Shown: positions 36,786 through 50,854, counted from the first letter of the whole stretch. The stretch: 63,462 bases of DNA, filler included, from Nemertoderma westbladi (GCA_032718475.1; 4 parts of 4 records of this genome joined end to end with filler, not necessarily neighbours in it), one strand, 5' to 3'. Notes: generated by a model not told the origin, from the sequence alone. Numbers and translations: made by a program.

Positions 36786-37595
36786 CCGGGTGTTCCATAA
36801 TAATTGCCCCCCCCCCCCCCCTGGCCAGCTAAAACTGCCAGACATGTACTTTAGTGTAATATATCATTCGAAAGATAATTGAATTATGAGCTTTTTTTTA
36901 GGGCCCAATACGAAAGTATAAAAATTTTATAGGCAATTCTTTAAACCTATCTTACTTTTCAATATTTGTGATTTAATCACAATTAAAAAAATATATATAA
37001 TTTATCCAGCGTTAGTCATCAGATTTGCAACCCTGTTTAAACAGTTATTACTGCCTGACTTTTGCTGTATTGCAATATATTACAGTATTCAGTTACCTGT
37101 ATTAGTGTTTCTTTGGTAATTTTACTGAATTAGGCCTAACAGAAGTAATTAAAATGACAAGTTCCAGTGCACAATCTTCGATGACTCTGAAGAAAAACGT
37201 ATGGTTGGCAGAATCAGAGATGTTACTTTTAGAGAGGGTCGTGATTCTGTGGCATAATCAAACTGAACTCAAACCAAAACGGCCCTTTTAAGGGCCAACA
37301 TCCTTTGCCACTATCGAGGAGATCCCCGTGCTGCAAAGGGGAAGCATGGCTGTAAAGCTGATGCCTAACGCTGGATAAATTATATTTTTTTAATTGTGAT
37401 TAAATCAAAAATAACGAAAAATAAGATAGGTTTAAAGAATAGCCTATAAAATTTTTATACTTTTGTATTGGACCCTAAATTGTTGCATGTAAGCTCAGAA
37501 TTAAATTATCTTTCGAATGATATATTACACTAAGGTACATGTTTGGCAGTTTTGGCTGGCCGGGGGGGGGGGGGCAATCATTATGGAACACCCGG
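36786..37595. mobile_element. Non-autonomous DNA transposon with ~230-bp TIRs
   Basis: TA|CCGGGTGTTCCATAAT...ATTATGGAACACCCGG|TA; arms pair inward to ~37015/37365. Confidence 0.9.
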
Positions 37596-37729
37596 TACTA
37601 GCTAACACAAAATCAAAATTTACTAGCAACGTAATACTAATAAGTACCTTAGCAATTTACCGGGCATGATTGTAATTTAGCGGGGATGTTTGTAAAATCA
37701 TTCCCACAAAATTTATTAATAAGCACTAT

Positions 37730-39699
37730 TAGTCAGGTCGCTTAACCTCAAAAATAAGGTTAATGTGGACGTTCTGGACAAACTTCCCATAATTTGCACA
37801 GGAGTAGATAATTACCATACCTTTCATTTTTTAAGGGGAACCAACTTTGCAACATTATTTATCGGTCCCATATTACCATGATAACAGGAGGTCATTTACA
37901 AAAGTCCACCTTCCAATAAAGCTACAGTCTTTTATTTTAACCTTGACCTACCCCCCATATATCAGCATCAGAGATTCTATTGACGTCATTTGTAAAACTC
38001 GGTTGCCATGGCAACTGTTTCAAAAAACGAGTTTCAAACGCTGATTTTCAGTAAATATCCGAAAAATATAAAACCATTGATTGATAATTGTTCCCCATTT
38101 GGAAAAATCATCTAACATTATAAATATATTATACCTGAGACCCTCTTGATTTCTAGTAGTGGACCAATTTAAATGGACCTGTGGTAGTCCTGTAACCATG
38201 GTCACAAGTCACTAAATATATTCTGCCAAATTTAATATAGTTCCGAACTATCTAAAAAAAATTCAATTTTGGATCTAGTGTCTTACAGTGTCTTTAGACA
38301 ATTACTTTCCGACCATTCAAGTTTGTCTATGTTGCCATGGTTACCGATAACATTTGGAATGTGGACAAAATATTGGAAAAAACATGTTCAGTATACATCA
38401 ACTTTGATCATATGCACATATCTTAGTTCCTCATTACACAGTAGAGGTCTCTGACCACTAAAACAGTCAATATAGTTACCATAGCAACGGGTATGTTTCA
38501 TTATTTATGCACTTCCGCTTTCTTATTTTTTCATATTTTCATATTTAGAAGGAAATATTTTTTTGATTTGAAAAATATATATCTGGGGTCTATCATAGCT
38601 ATTTTTTAAATGTAAATAATTACTCATGACCATAGCAACGGGAGATTTCCCTCTTATACACTAATTGCTGGGTGGAATTTCTTCCAATTTTGTGAAATAT
38701 GAACACTGAAGTATATAGAAACATATTATGGACAAAAATTTCAAAATTAATTTATGATTACTTTTACTTACTATACTTGCATAGCAACATAGATTTTCCG
38801 TAGCAACCATAAAGTTGTTCATGGTATTGTAAGCAAAAACAAGTTTCCTGCAACAGTATAATGCTTTCCTTAGCAACGGCGGGTTTTGCTAGCAACTGAA
38901 AGTTTTACATAGCAACGACGAATTTACCATAGCAACCTGGAACATATCTTAGGAACGGTGCATTTTTGACAGCAATAACAAGTTTTTTCTTAGGAGTGTT
39001 ACATATGAGAGGCAATACATCCTTAGTAACAGCGAGTTTTGCATAGCTACGAGGAATTTTGCTCTGCTATGTCGAATTTGTTAGTGATATTGGGAATTTT
39101 TTCAAAATTTCTTCCAACTAGGCTATTCTGAAGGAGTTTGAAGAGCAAGGTAATTGGTTAGTCCACATGTAAGACACTAGATCCAAAATTGAATTTTTTT
39201 AGATAGTTCGGAACTATATTAAATTTGGCAGCATATATTTAGTGACTTGTGACCATGGTTATAGGACTTCCACAGGTCCATTTAAATTGGTCCACTACTA
39301 GAAGTCAAGAGGGTCTCAGGGATAATATATTTATAATGTTAGATGATTTTTCCAAATGGGAAACAATTATTAATCAATGGTTTTATATTAATCGGATATT
39401 TACTGAAAATCAGCGTTTGAAACTCGTTTTTTGAAACAGTTGCCATGGCAACCGAGTTTTACAAATGACATCAATGGAATCTCTGATGCTGATATATGGG
39501 GGGTGTAGGTCAAGGTTAAAAGACTGTAGCTTTATTGGAAGGTGGACTTTTGTAAATGACCTCTTGTTATCATGGTAATATGGGACCGATAAATAATGTT
39601 GCAAAGTTGGTTCCCATTAAAATATTAAAGGTATGGTAATTATCTACTCCTGTGCCTTTGTCCAGAACGTCCGCATTAACTTGCTAAGCGACCTGACTA
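37730..39699. mobile_element. Foldback-type non-autonomous DNA element with ~550-bp inverted arms
   Basis: TAGTCAGGTCGCTTA...TAAGCGACCTGACTA; arms ~37730-38286 and ~39170-39699; internal CATAGCAAC-like repeats. Confidence 0.85.
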
Positions 39700-40018
39700 T
39701 ATATACTGTATACCGGTCATGTAGGATTAAAGCAATCGCACTTGTATTTATAATATTCCTAATAAAAATATAGGCCTACTCCAAGGGTACACAGATCTCT
39801 ACCGGTAAGCAAACTTTCTGTGCTTTCTATCTGAATGTGTAAATCAGCAATCCTACTGGACAGCCTAGAAGTGGCTTATTTATTGTACCGGTGGTACTGC
39901 TGTACTCTGACAGCAATACGTCAATCTGTCAATTAAGATTGCTTCGTACCAACCGTACCGGATACCGCCTTGCCGTCCTTCAATCTTACACGAAGACCAT
40001 TGTAGATGGTAGAGTCCA

Positions 40019-40837
40019 ATGATCCCAGGAGTAACTTTATCCTACAGGATTTTCCCTGGCAGGAATCCGGGATTGCTTATGTTACACGGCGTTTTCGGTG
40101 CGAAACAAAATTTCGCCGGAGTCGCAAACAAAATAAACCGAAAAACCGGAATGCTGGTAGGTACGTGCGATAGCCGTAACCACGGGGCGTCCCCTTGGAC
40201 ACCGGAGATGGGTGTCGTGGCGATGCGAACAGATACGTTGAAACTAATGGAGGAGTTAAACTTCCATGGGGTGTTACTGGGCCATAGCATGGGGGGAAAA
40301 GTAGCAATGAGTACCGCGTTGTCAAACCCCGAGAGTATTACTAAATTAATCGTAGTAGATGCGGCGCCTTGTGTGATAAATAACTCTGCAAGAGAAGTGA
40401 TCCGGGGATACATGAATAAGATGCAAGAATTCACAGTGGATAACAGTAAATCTCTCTCTAGCAATAGGAATATGGCCGCAGATTTTCTTATAAACACCGT
40501 TACGAATCCAAATATTCGAAACTTTATTTTGACAAATTTGATAAAAAGGGCTGATGGTACGGTGGGGTGGCGGTGTAATTTAGAAGCGGTTTCAAGGAAT
40601 TGGGATCGGTTGACTGACCTAGATGTTTCTACCGACTGCGTACCGCGCCGGGGACCCACTCTCTTTATTTTGGGCGCCGAGTCCGACTCTACCGGTTCCT
40701 CTAAGGAAGTTCGCGACGACATCTATCGTTTATTCCCCTCCGCCACTATTCACATGGTCCCGGGTGCCGGCCATTTCGTTCACGCCGATAATCCATCGGA
40801 GTTTGTAGACATTGTCTCTGATTTTATTACAGATTAA
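40019..40837 (+). CDS. ABHD11: Alpha/beta hydrolase ABHD11-like, single exon as seen
   Basis: MLHGVFG, DSRNHGASP, GHSMGGK nucleophile motif, AGHFVHADNP; continuous 272-aa ORF; true N-terminus uncertain. Confidence 0.85.
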   Translation: MIPGVTLSYRIFPGRNPGLLMLHGVFGAKQNFAGVANKINRKTGMLVGTCDSRNHGASPWTPEMGVVAMRTDTLKLMEELNFHGVLLGHSMGGKVAMSTALSNPESITKLIVVDAAPCVINNSAREVIRGYMNKMQEFTVDNSKSLSSNRNMAADFLINTVTNPNIRNFILTNLIKRADGTVGWRCNLEAVSRNWDRLTDLDVSTDCVPRRGPTLFILGAESDSTGSSKEVRDDIYRLFPSATIHMVPGAGHFVHADNPSEFVDIVSDFITD

Positions 40838-40889
40838 ATTAATCCGGAATGTTTGTTGCATTACCAACAACCTGCAAATACTTTTATAC

Positions 40890-42021
40890 TTAAATTGTTA
40901 CTTGTTCGCTCGAATATACCCTGAATCATGGGGAAAAGGAGTACTTTTATAATTTTTCATTTTCCAGCGAAAAAAAAGTAAAAATAATATGTTTTTCAGT
41001 GGAATTGCTTAATAGTTGAAAGTGCATCACAGTAGGAAAGGTTTACACGTAATTTGAGTAAAATCCATTCACATACTCAAAAGTTATTGCAACTTTAGTG
41101 TCTGCAAGGCGAACTCCAAAACGGAACTCAATATCCAATATTGGTTTATGTTGTTAAGCGGCACTCTACTTATATAAATAAATATTCCAGAACACTAAAT
41201 TATTTAATATTGAGTGAAGCATCATCAGGAGTTGAAGAGTACAGTAATTTGAATCGCAGTAACTATGGAAGCAATATAGTAAAATACTATAGTTCAATTT
41301 ATTTTGTTATATTATATCGCTCTATCTTTTATTAAAGAAAACAAAAAGTACCAATTTAAGAATAATAATTATTTATTACATGGGGAAAAAAGTAGAACTT
41401 TTTTTTCATGGTCGAGAGAATATTGAAAAAAAAAAGTTCTACGTTTTTTCCCCATGTAATACGTAATTTTTTTCTTAAATTGGTACTTTTTTGTTGCTTA
41501 ATTCTGTAATAAAACAGCGATATACTACAGTACAGTTGTGTTACAAAATAAATTTAACTGCAATATTTTACTATATTGCTTCTATAGTTACTGCGATTCA
41601 AATTATTGTACTCTTCAACTCTCGATGTTGCCTTACTCAATGTTAAATAATTTAGTGTTATCGAATATTTATTACGTAACTAGAGAACCGCTTAACAACA
41701 GAAACCAATATTGGATATTGAGTTCCGTTTTGGAGTTCGCCTGTAGACACTAAAGTTGCAATAACAATTCAGTGTGTGCATGGATTTTGCTCAAATTACT
41801 TTCAAACCTTTTCTACGTCGATGCTCTTTCACCACATGTAATAAAATTTAACCTCCAACCTCCTCTAAACTTCCACCAAAAATATTTTACTTTACTTTTT
41901 TCTCCTGGAAAAAAGGTAAAATCAATGCATTCCTATTGATTACTTTTTTCCTTAGGGAAAAAAAGTGAAACTTTTTCTCCCGATTTTGGGGTATATTCGA
42001 GAGAAGAAGTGACAATTTAAA
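40890..42021. mobile_element. ~1.1-kb imperfect palindrome (foldback element)
   Basis: Arms pair from TTAAATTGT...GAATATACCC / GGGTATATTC...ACAATTTAA inward to a centre near 41410-41425; a related arm fragment lies at ~55340-55400. Confidence 0.75.
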
Positions 42022-42161
42022 AATACAATTATATATTGCATCGTTAAAAAACGTAGAACAAGTTCAATATTTTCTTGGCCCTTTTTAACCCCTCAAGTAG
42101 AGTGAAAACAAGTTCTATATTTTACATTACTCTAAAACACAGTGTCGCATTATAAAGAGTA

Positions 42162-42527
42162 AGGCCCGTTTCCGCGCTGCTTTTTTTTGTGAGGTATTCT
42201 GAGCTTTTTTTGAGCTGTTTTTTCTAGCTTTATTTCTAGCTTTTTTTTAAGCTTTTTTTCAAGCTTGTTATGCCTTTTCTAACGTTCAGTTAAAATTAAG
42301 ATGTAATATGAATGTTCTAGAATTAGATAATTATGATATTCGCACAGCTTTTTTCAAGCTTTTTTTGAGCTTTTATTCAAGCTTTTTTTTTTAGGTTTAT
42401 TGTATATTTTAGGTTTGAAAATTTGAAAATTCTCAGCTTCATCTTGAAGCAATTAATTTCTAGAATTTGTTTTAACTAAAAAAAGCTTGAAAAAAAGCTC
42501 AAAACAAAGCTGCGCGGAAACGGGCCT
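42162..42527. mobile_element. MITE, PIF/Harbinger-like
   Basis: 16-bp TIR AGGCCCGTTTCCGCGC; flanks GTA/TTA (imperfect TWA); internal AGCTTTTT repeats. Confidence 0.7.
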
Positions 42528-43199
42528 TTACAAAAGTACTAATACTAATAAATTTGGAATCATTGTATTGAACTGTGTCAAATTGCAATCAGTTTTTGGT
42601 CGGGCATTTTCTCTGATTAAAAGTTGGTTAAGTCCACATTGACCTGGCGAATGATGGTTTGGTAATTACCGAAGGCCTAGTAAACTTGCGAATCCTAGTT
42701 TCATTATGTATTTTACACCGTCTATTCCACCAAAAACAAATACTGGTTGCATTTTTGTAGTGCAGGCCTGTGTTCTATTGTTCTGTACTTAGTAGGCCCA
42801 CTCGTTATAATTTCAATTGTTAGACTTAACTTACTGTAGCTTATTTTCCTTTAATTGTTGTGGCTAAAGCCTAAAGTTTGTAGATAATTTTTACAGTTTT
42901 ATATTATTATATTTATTTAATTTGTTTCTATTGAACCACACTATATTACGCATTAAATTAATACGATTTAATTTATAATGTTTCCTTTATTTCAGAATTA
43001 TAGGGGAAATTGACAGATATATATAAAGTATGCACTCTTTATATCCCTGTGAGGGAGACTTGACTTTAGGGGAGACTTGATTTTTTTGAATAACTCAACA
43101 ACTATTATAAATTATTTGACAATACCACACAATAATTGTGTAAAATACATGTTAGCTACACCCGCGCAACAATGTTTTATTACCTTTTGGTTATATTTT

Positions 43200-45045
43200 G
43201 TGGGGCGAGCCACGAAGTGAGCGAAGCCTTATCATATGTGTGCCATTGGCGAGTTGTCTGTCGTCGTCGTCGTAAATTTTTGATCGCTAATAACTCGGTT
43301 ATTCCTCGATGAAATTAAACGAAACTTGGTATGGATGTAGTCCGTCAAAAGTTTAGAGAGATGTTAATGAAATAAAATATGGCATTGATTAAATAAAATA
43401 TAATACAGTAAATTTAAGGGCCATGTCTATGAAACAATAAATAAATAGTGATAGACAGACCACCATGAAGGGATAAACTTTAAGGGGTAATCAGAATAAA
43501 ATAGGTTCAAGTTGTGCTTGAAAGAGTGCAGTGAGGGCAGGGACGGATTATGAATTTTGGGCCCCCGGCAGACGCAACTTACGGGCCCCAAGCACCCCCC
43601 CCCCCCCCCCCACGAACACCAAATATATTCGATATAAAAACGTAACGGAAAACACTAACTGGACAGAAATAGTTGAATTTCGCTAAATTAAAAATCAGTG
43701 AAAAAAGCGGTGAGTTCCGCTTACTTTTTTTTAACGAATAATAGTCCTTTATTATTATAAATTTTAAATAATAATAATTTTTTCCTAAAATTACACCATC
43801 CAAAAGACATAAATTCTATATTTAGGAACGAATATATTGGTACAGTATATTATTAAATTAGACACAAAATTAATTAAAATTAAATGTTAATTGTAATACA
43901 GTAATAATTTACTATTATTTTAAATCGACCCTTTTGCTAACGTTTTCCTTTAAGCATCATTACATTACACTTTAAATATTTTTTTAAAACACTAAACATT
44001 CTATGGGACCCAGTGCTCTGAATGGCGCTATATATGTGAGATATACTCTACTTATTTATTGAACAGCCAGAAATTGTTTTATCAGTGAGATAATGTTCGG
44101 TAAATTTCTCCGAACTTGCGGGCCCCTTCCAACTTACGGTCCCCCGGCAGCTGCCCCTGTTGCCCCACCCCACCCCTTAATCCGTCCCTGAGTGAGGGAG
44201 ACATATCACTACAGTTTCTGACAGCGCATTCCAGGGGTCAATGACTCTGAAATGGAATGTAGATTGTCTCGAAAGCAAAAGCGCCCGTGGTTTAAGTAGG
44301 TTGGTTCATCGAGTGTCCACGTCGGCTGCTGGTATCTAATGAGAAATAATAGTAGTAATACAGTAATAACGATAGAAAAACAATAGAAGATCCTAGATGA
44401 GACCTGATTCCCATACAATACATAGATCTGTAGATTGCACAGTAATATTCTATATAATTACCTAATTAACTAAAAGTGCTAATTAACTATTAAAGAAATA
44501 CCAAATAATGAAAAAATTGATTTAATTATTGATGTATTGATTAAATTAAAAATATTAATTAGTACATAAAAAAATGCCACAATTCCTAAAAATACGCACT
44601 GTGTAATAATTGCTTAATAAAAATTTTCGTAATTGACTTTTAAGAAAATGTATTAAAATCGATCGATTATTAAAAATTACTTATGGCTATAATAATAAAT
44701 TACACAATGAGCTAAAAAAAACTATTATAAAAAATTGGTTAGGCCTAATTATTAATTACGGTACCGGCATCCATACCGGCATGAATAATACCGGGATGCT
44801 TCGTATAAAATGCCATAATTCCACATGAGTTGGTGGGCGTCAGGTCGATGTATAGAACGGGACTTAGTCCTCGTAGATAATTTCATTCCCATGGAGCAGC
44901 GACCACGACCACACCTAGGATGTGTTTCAGGACAGAGACCGTGTTTTATCCACCGCTGAAATTCCGCTTTAGATGAAGTATCATTCTAGAAAAGACAGTT
45001 TTTTTTTGTTTTTTCACGTGCTGCGCGAAGGGCATATCGTCCTCT
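43200..45045 (+). mobile_element. Longer relative of the 26337 HINE-like element
   Basis: Same start GTGGGGCGAGCCACGAAG, short (GTC)n, GAAACTTGG core and shared 3' motif CGTGCTGCGCGAAG at ~45017. Confidence 0.55.
43538..44190. mobile_element. hAT-type MITE
   Basis: 13-bp TIR CAGGGACGGATTA and perfect 8-bp TSD AGTGAGGG. Confidence 0.9.
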
Positions 45046-45249
45046 TCTGTCGTAAAATTTTATAGTACTGTAGTAAAGTAGGAATACACCCTACTACAAG
45101 GTATACAGCGGCTTAAGCCTGTAAGCAGGAAGGTTGCAGTGCAGTCAGCTGATCAGGTTACAGTACAGCAGTAGGGAATAGACTATAATAATACTAGGGC
45201 AGTGTAGGATGGAGGGGAGGCCCCCAAACAGAAATGAGCTGATAAACCT

Positions 45250-47390
45250 ACCCTCCAGGACCCTGACAATATTTAAGATTTAATTTTTTCCACCGATGAA
45301 CTCTACATTAGTAATGTTAATGTCATTGAACCCTTTTCAAGTAGTGACCATAATAGTCTTACTTTCTTTCAATTTACGCGGCAATAATGAAGCCGATAGC
45401 ACAAAATATTTTGGATACTATGATTTTAAAAATGCCGATTACGTAAGTTTTTCGTCGTACATGCATTAATATGTTTGGCAGGAAAAATTTAGTACTTGTA
45501 GTACAGTGGATGATTATTGGGAAACCGTAAAAAATAAATTATTGTGGCGCCGCCAGCATACTGCCTCTGGCCGCCTTGAGTATAACAGATGTGTAAAGGA
45601 AATTTCCCATGCTATTTATCTGTCTTCCTTTCGACCGATTTATCTGCCCAGACGCTGTTTTTCGTTTTGTAAACAATAAATGTAAAATCAGTTCTGGTAT
45701 TCCCACTCTTAAGTATAATGGTGCGAGCGACTGTCATAGATGATGCTGCCAAGGCCCATATATTTTCAAATGTGCTGTCAGAGAATTATATACAGGATAC
45801 TGGCAAATTGCCCTCTTTCAATAGTAAAGTAAATGCTGGTGTTTCCAAGTCTGAGATAAATTTTCACGTCGAGAAAGTTTTCTCTATTCTTAAAGATTTA
45901 AAACCAACGAGTAGTAATTCACCTTATAGTCTTCCCAGCATACTATTCTATAAACTATCGTACACCTTAGCACTGCCATTATCTATTATATTTCGGTTAT
46001 CTTGTATTACTCATGCCTTACCGTCTATTTGGTTGACTCGCGGTTCCCATTTTTAAGAAGAGTAACGCTTCAGATCCTTACAATTATCGGCCAGGTTCAC
46101 TAACTTGTGTCGCATGTCAAATCATGGAAACTTGTATAAAAAATGGACTACACTAGTTGATTATCTCATACAACACAAACTTATTACTACATAAGGCCCA
46201 ACATATTTTTTTGAAAGCGTCGCTCTACTGGTACGCAACTACTAGAGTGTTTAAATGACTGGCAAAAATTGTCTGATAGAAAACAATCTTTGGATGCCAT
46301 TTATATAGACTTCGTGAAAGCGTTCGACCGTGTAGTACATAGTAAATTGATGTGTAAACTTGCTGGTTACGGAATTGGAGATGACCTTCTACTGTAGCTT
46401 GGTTGGAAGTTTTCCTTACTAATCGTACCCAGCGAGTTGTTGTACATAGGTAATTGTTTTTCTGCAGCCCACGCCGTCCCCTCTGCGCCTCTGGTACTCC
46501 ACAGGGTAGTGTTATTGGTCCTATTCTATTTGTAATTTTCATTAATGACTTACCGGGATTATTTAATGGTGCTACTTGTCAACTTCATGCCGATGACGTA
46601 AAGTTATATGCCCCTTCTTCTTCCCATTCACAGTTAGTGGAGTGTTTAGATATTTGAGAGACATAGGCCTCGAATTGGCAGCTCACTCTAACTATTGATA
46701 ATTTATTGTAAAGTAATGTACATTGATGCATCCAATCCATATCTGCCGTATTGTTTGTTTATATGGTAAAGGAATTAGAACAATTGATAATTTGCAAAGT
46801 TTTGGGAATTATTATGTACCCTCATTTAAAATTTCAAGTATATTGTAGAGAACAATCGGCTAAGACTTTTAAAATTATAAATATGATTTTTCGGTGTTTT
46901 CATACAGCAAATAAATCTGCACTTCTTATTACAGCCTATAGATCTTACGTCCGGCCATTGGTGGAATACAACACGGTCGCCATATCTAAAATAGACCATA
47001 GACATGATAGAGTGGGTGCAAAGATATTTTACACGCAGATTGTCAGATTGTTTGCTACAGTAGATGTAATATACCTTACATAAGTTATTGATAGACAGAT
47101 TACAAAGTCAGGCGCGCATTACGTTCGACCTGAGAATGCTGTATAAAATTGAAAGAAATCTAGTTGATTTATCCTTTTGTAGTTTCTTCAGATATGCACC
47201 TAGACTAGGTCTTCGTGGGCATTCCCATAAGCTGTTTGTGTGCCCATCGCGGCTAAACATTTCCAAACACTCGTTTGCAAATAGAGTAGTACCCATCAGG
47301 AACTCTCTTCCATCAGATGTAGTAGATTTCGTATCTTTACAAGTTTTTACAAGTAAATTACCCAGTGTCGATTTTTTGCAGTGGTAGTGG
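45250..47390 (+). mobile_element. Heavily decayed CR1 LINE ORF2
   Basis: SSDH, NYRPGSLT, IYIDFVKAFD, GTPQGSVIGP, HADD, LRGHSHKL, FANRVV spread across shifted frames. Confidence 0.85.
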
Positions 47391-48280
47391 TGTCATTTTC
47401 ACCGTTTTGATTAGAGAAGGGTTTTATGTTTTTATTTTTTATCTCTCAAATGTAAATAATGGCCCCTATAAGTGCCGTGCGCCTAGGTGGTCTCCCCCTC
47501 TTCTAATTACTTTTGATTTTTAACATGTATTTAACATAGTGCGACTAAATGCGTGACGTTTTGTTATTAACTACAGTATATAATATAGTTATATTCAATA
47601 TCCGTTATACTTAATTTAAATTACCTATACTGTATCAACACTAATGTTGAGTGCCTCATAGTTGTTCACTTATATCTGTATGTTTTTATTTGATATTTGA
47701 TTTTAATTGAATTAAATTCAAAGAGTGTATAAAACTTAACTAAACTGTAATAAGCTGATAACTGGATAATAGAATCTGAGAATTGGCATTCTTTAGGGCC
47801 TACAGCTATACCGGTACCATTACTGCAGTATACCTCTGTACCTGGTTTACTGCTGTACGCTGTACTGCTATACAGCTACAGAGTTCAGGAGTTATACTTC
47901 AGTACCGGTACTTAAACCAGACTACTGCAGGTACTGTCTGACTGTATGTAGGGCCTATAATATCCAATAGGCCTATCCAAACACTGAAAAGGGAAAGGAC
48001 TGATTGTGAAATTCTCGCTGGACTGCTGGCAGCGTGGCAGGCTGGACTAAACAACATACGTAACGGTACCGGTACCGTACAGCCACTCGTAACAGTGTAC
48101 TCGTAACAGCGTAAAGTCTGAAAGTACAGTCGTCGGACCGTACCGAAACCTTCAACGTTTTTCTCCGGCCAGCCGGCACTACCTCGCTTCTGCCGATGTA
48201 CGGTAGCTGTGTAGACCTACTGGCTGACTGGAGTACTGTCTGCTGGTCTGACTGTCGGCCTAGTATAGCGAGTGCCTAAC

Positions 48281-48931
48281 CAGGCTGCAAACCACCACTG
48301 AACCGCGCACAACGCCCGCGCACAATTTTTCAGTCGCGCAATATGCAATATCTGACAATAAACCGCGCATGGACTGAAAAAACGCGCACACCAAGCTGAA
48401 AAACAATTCAATTCACACAAACATACGAATAAATAAATAAAAAAAAAGTATTATTTATTAACGTAAAGAAATAAAAAATTAATTTAAGCAATGCTAAATG
48501 AAAAAAAAACGTGAGCGAAATTGTTCGTTTTAACAATGTAAAATGAAAACGAAACGCTAGCGAAATTTTTAATTTTTATATGTAGCATGTAGGTTAGTAG
48601 GTCTAAAATGAAAAAAACGCGAGCGAAGCGAGCGAAAATTTTTTATTTTAACAATGGAAAAGAAACGCGAGCGAAGCGAGTGAAATTTTTTATGGCTAAT
48701 TATTTTTCTCATTATACAGCATTAAATTGCAGTTTTTCACGCACTTTATAACTTTTTTACACCTCATCAGCGCACTTTTTGACTTTTAATATTTTGCACG
48801 GATTACCGCGCACTTTTGGTGTTTTTCACACAATTCCGTGCACTTTTATTTTAATTCCGCGCACGTAGACCGCGCACTATTTCAAAACCGCGCACAACGC
48901 GTTGCGATTTTTGCACTCCATTTGCAGCCTG
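48281..48931. mobile_element. MITE (hAT-like ends)
   Basis: 11-bp TIR CAGGCTGCAAA; flanks AGTGCCTAAC / ACTGCCTAAT (degenerate duplication); subterminal CCGCGCAC repeats. Confidence 0.7.
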
Positions 48932-49206
48932 ACTGCCTAATGCAGTACCGGTAATGCTGCATGCTGTCCAGCCAGACAGCTGTAATAATGTACTTACCGT
49001 ACCTGGTACCATATTCTGATATTCCTACTCAGCATGGCGTACCGGTAACTAATATTTATGTTTTTGATTTATTTGTTAAGATTGTTTGTTAACTTATTTA
49101 TTGTGGCGATATAAATTGTTTATTCGTTCATGCGATTTTATTTTATGACTCTTTGTCATTGTCAGTCTGTAACTGCGGATTATTGATACGGTACCGGTCC
49201 GGTAGT

Positions 49207-49722
49207 ATGACGAGCAGTTCCACCGGAGCCTCCAACCCTAATCCTGATGGTTCAGAAGCATCTGATTCTCCTTACGAATGTAACATATGCCTCGATCAAG
49301 CAACAGACCCTGTTGTTAGTATGTGCGGCCATCTATTCTGCTGGCCATGCATACATCAATGGCTAGAGACTCGCCCCCACAAACAGGAATGTCCCGTATG
49401 CAAAGCCGGTATCAGCCGCGACAAGGTGGTCCCTATTTACGGGAAAAACAGTAGCCAGCAGGACCCCAGAACGAAAACCCCGCCACGACCAGCTGGTCAG
49501 CGAACTGAGGCTCAAAACAATATGGGGTTCTTTAACTTTGGCGACGGGTTTCATATGAGTTTCGGAATTGGTGCATTTCCTTTCGGATTGTTTTTCAGTG
49601 GGATGAACGACTTTGGGGGTGGGGGGGTCAGGCACGGTGGTGCTGATCAAGGGGAAGCTTTTATGAGTAAAGTGTTTCTTTGGGTTGCGCTTCTATTTCT
49701 GTTTTGGTTATTAATGGCTTAA
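49207..49722 (+). CDS. RNF185: ER-membrane RING E3 ubiquitin ligase of the RNF5/RNF185 family, single exon
   Basis: YECNICLD...[14 protein letters not shown]...CPVCK...[32 protein letters not shown] and C-terminal TM helix; ATG at 49207. Confidence 0.92.
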   Translation: MTSSSTGASNPNPDGSEASDSPYECNICLDQATDPVVSMCGHLFCWPCIHQWLETRPHKQECPVCKAGISRDKVVPIYGKNSSQQDPRTKTPPRPAGQRTEAQNNMGFFNFGDGFHMSFGIGAFPFGLFFSGMNDFGGGGVRHGGADQGEAFMSKVFLWVALLFLFWLLMA

Positions 49723-50854
49723 ACCTTGAAAAGGTAATTTTCTATCTATTCTATCTATATCTAAATATATGTAGGTAGATTGACTGTATAAAATTGATTC
49801 CAAATGTTGCCGTGTTCATTTGAGCTGTAATGTGTCGGGGTACAACCTATTTGGAAATGTTATTGCAGTATTGTGTTCAGGTAACAGTACCTGGTTACGA
49901 TTGCTAACTACTCTACAAACCCTATTTAAATATATCCCAACCAAACTCATAATCTATGATTTAACGAATTATATAATATATCTTAGATTATGATTTACGT
50001 TTTTAGAGTCATATGACAGTGTTAATTGAAATAATTATATTTGTTTAAGACCTGACCATTACACCATGCAAATCCTCACAAAATTCTAAATAACATCAAA
50101 TTTTCAAATTTAAAAAAATTTGAATTAACCATGTTTCAAGAAAATAGGTGGTCCATCGATGCGTAGATATGGCAGCTGATTTCTAATATTTCTGGAGTTA
50201 AAATTTACAAATTAGAAATGACTGCTTTGTGACATTTGGTAATATTTCTTGGTATCCTCCAGACATTCACCCAATAAATGTTTGGAGTTATTTATTTTTC
50301 TATTGTCCTTTAATGTTTCCTCATAGTTTATAGCTGTGTCTAACCTTAATTATAAAATGTTGTTATTTAAATACTATTTAAGTGATATCTTTATATATCA
50401 TTATATTTATTTAAGTATTAAGTACTATTTAACTCCCATTATTTCGGGACACGGGGTTGGGGGGGGGGGGGGGGGGGGGGTGGGGGTGTAAAGGAGTGTC
50501 GGTAAATTTCGCAGAACATATATAATATGTTGCAACTGTGAAATATTCCCTTAAACATAAACATTAGGTCAAGATAGTGATCATGAATGTAGTTGGTTGA
50601 AATCGGGATTACGTGACTAGTTTTCAGTAATTGCAATATAGCTCACTCCCATTTGAGCTTTCCAGTTAGCGCATAAAGTGAACTTCTTTCCCGAGCTCGC
50701 TCGACCTAGTAGTATTATTAAATTTATTTTACCCTTTAATGACCCTTTATCCAATTTTTTCCTTTTTATCACTTTACTCAAAATTAATTACCACTGTGAT
50801 GAGAATGTTGTTAAAAACTTATTCCAATACGGGGTTATTTCAACATGAAATTGT

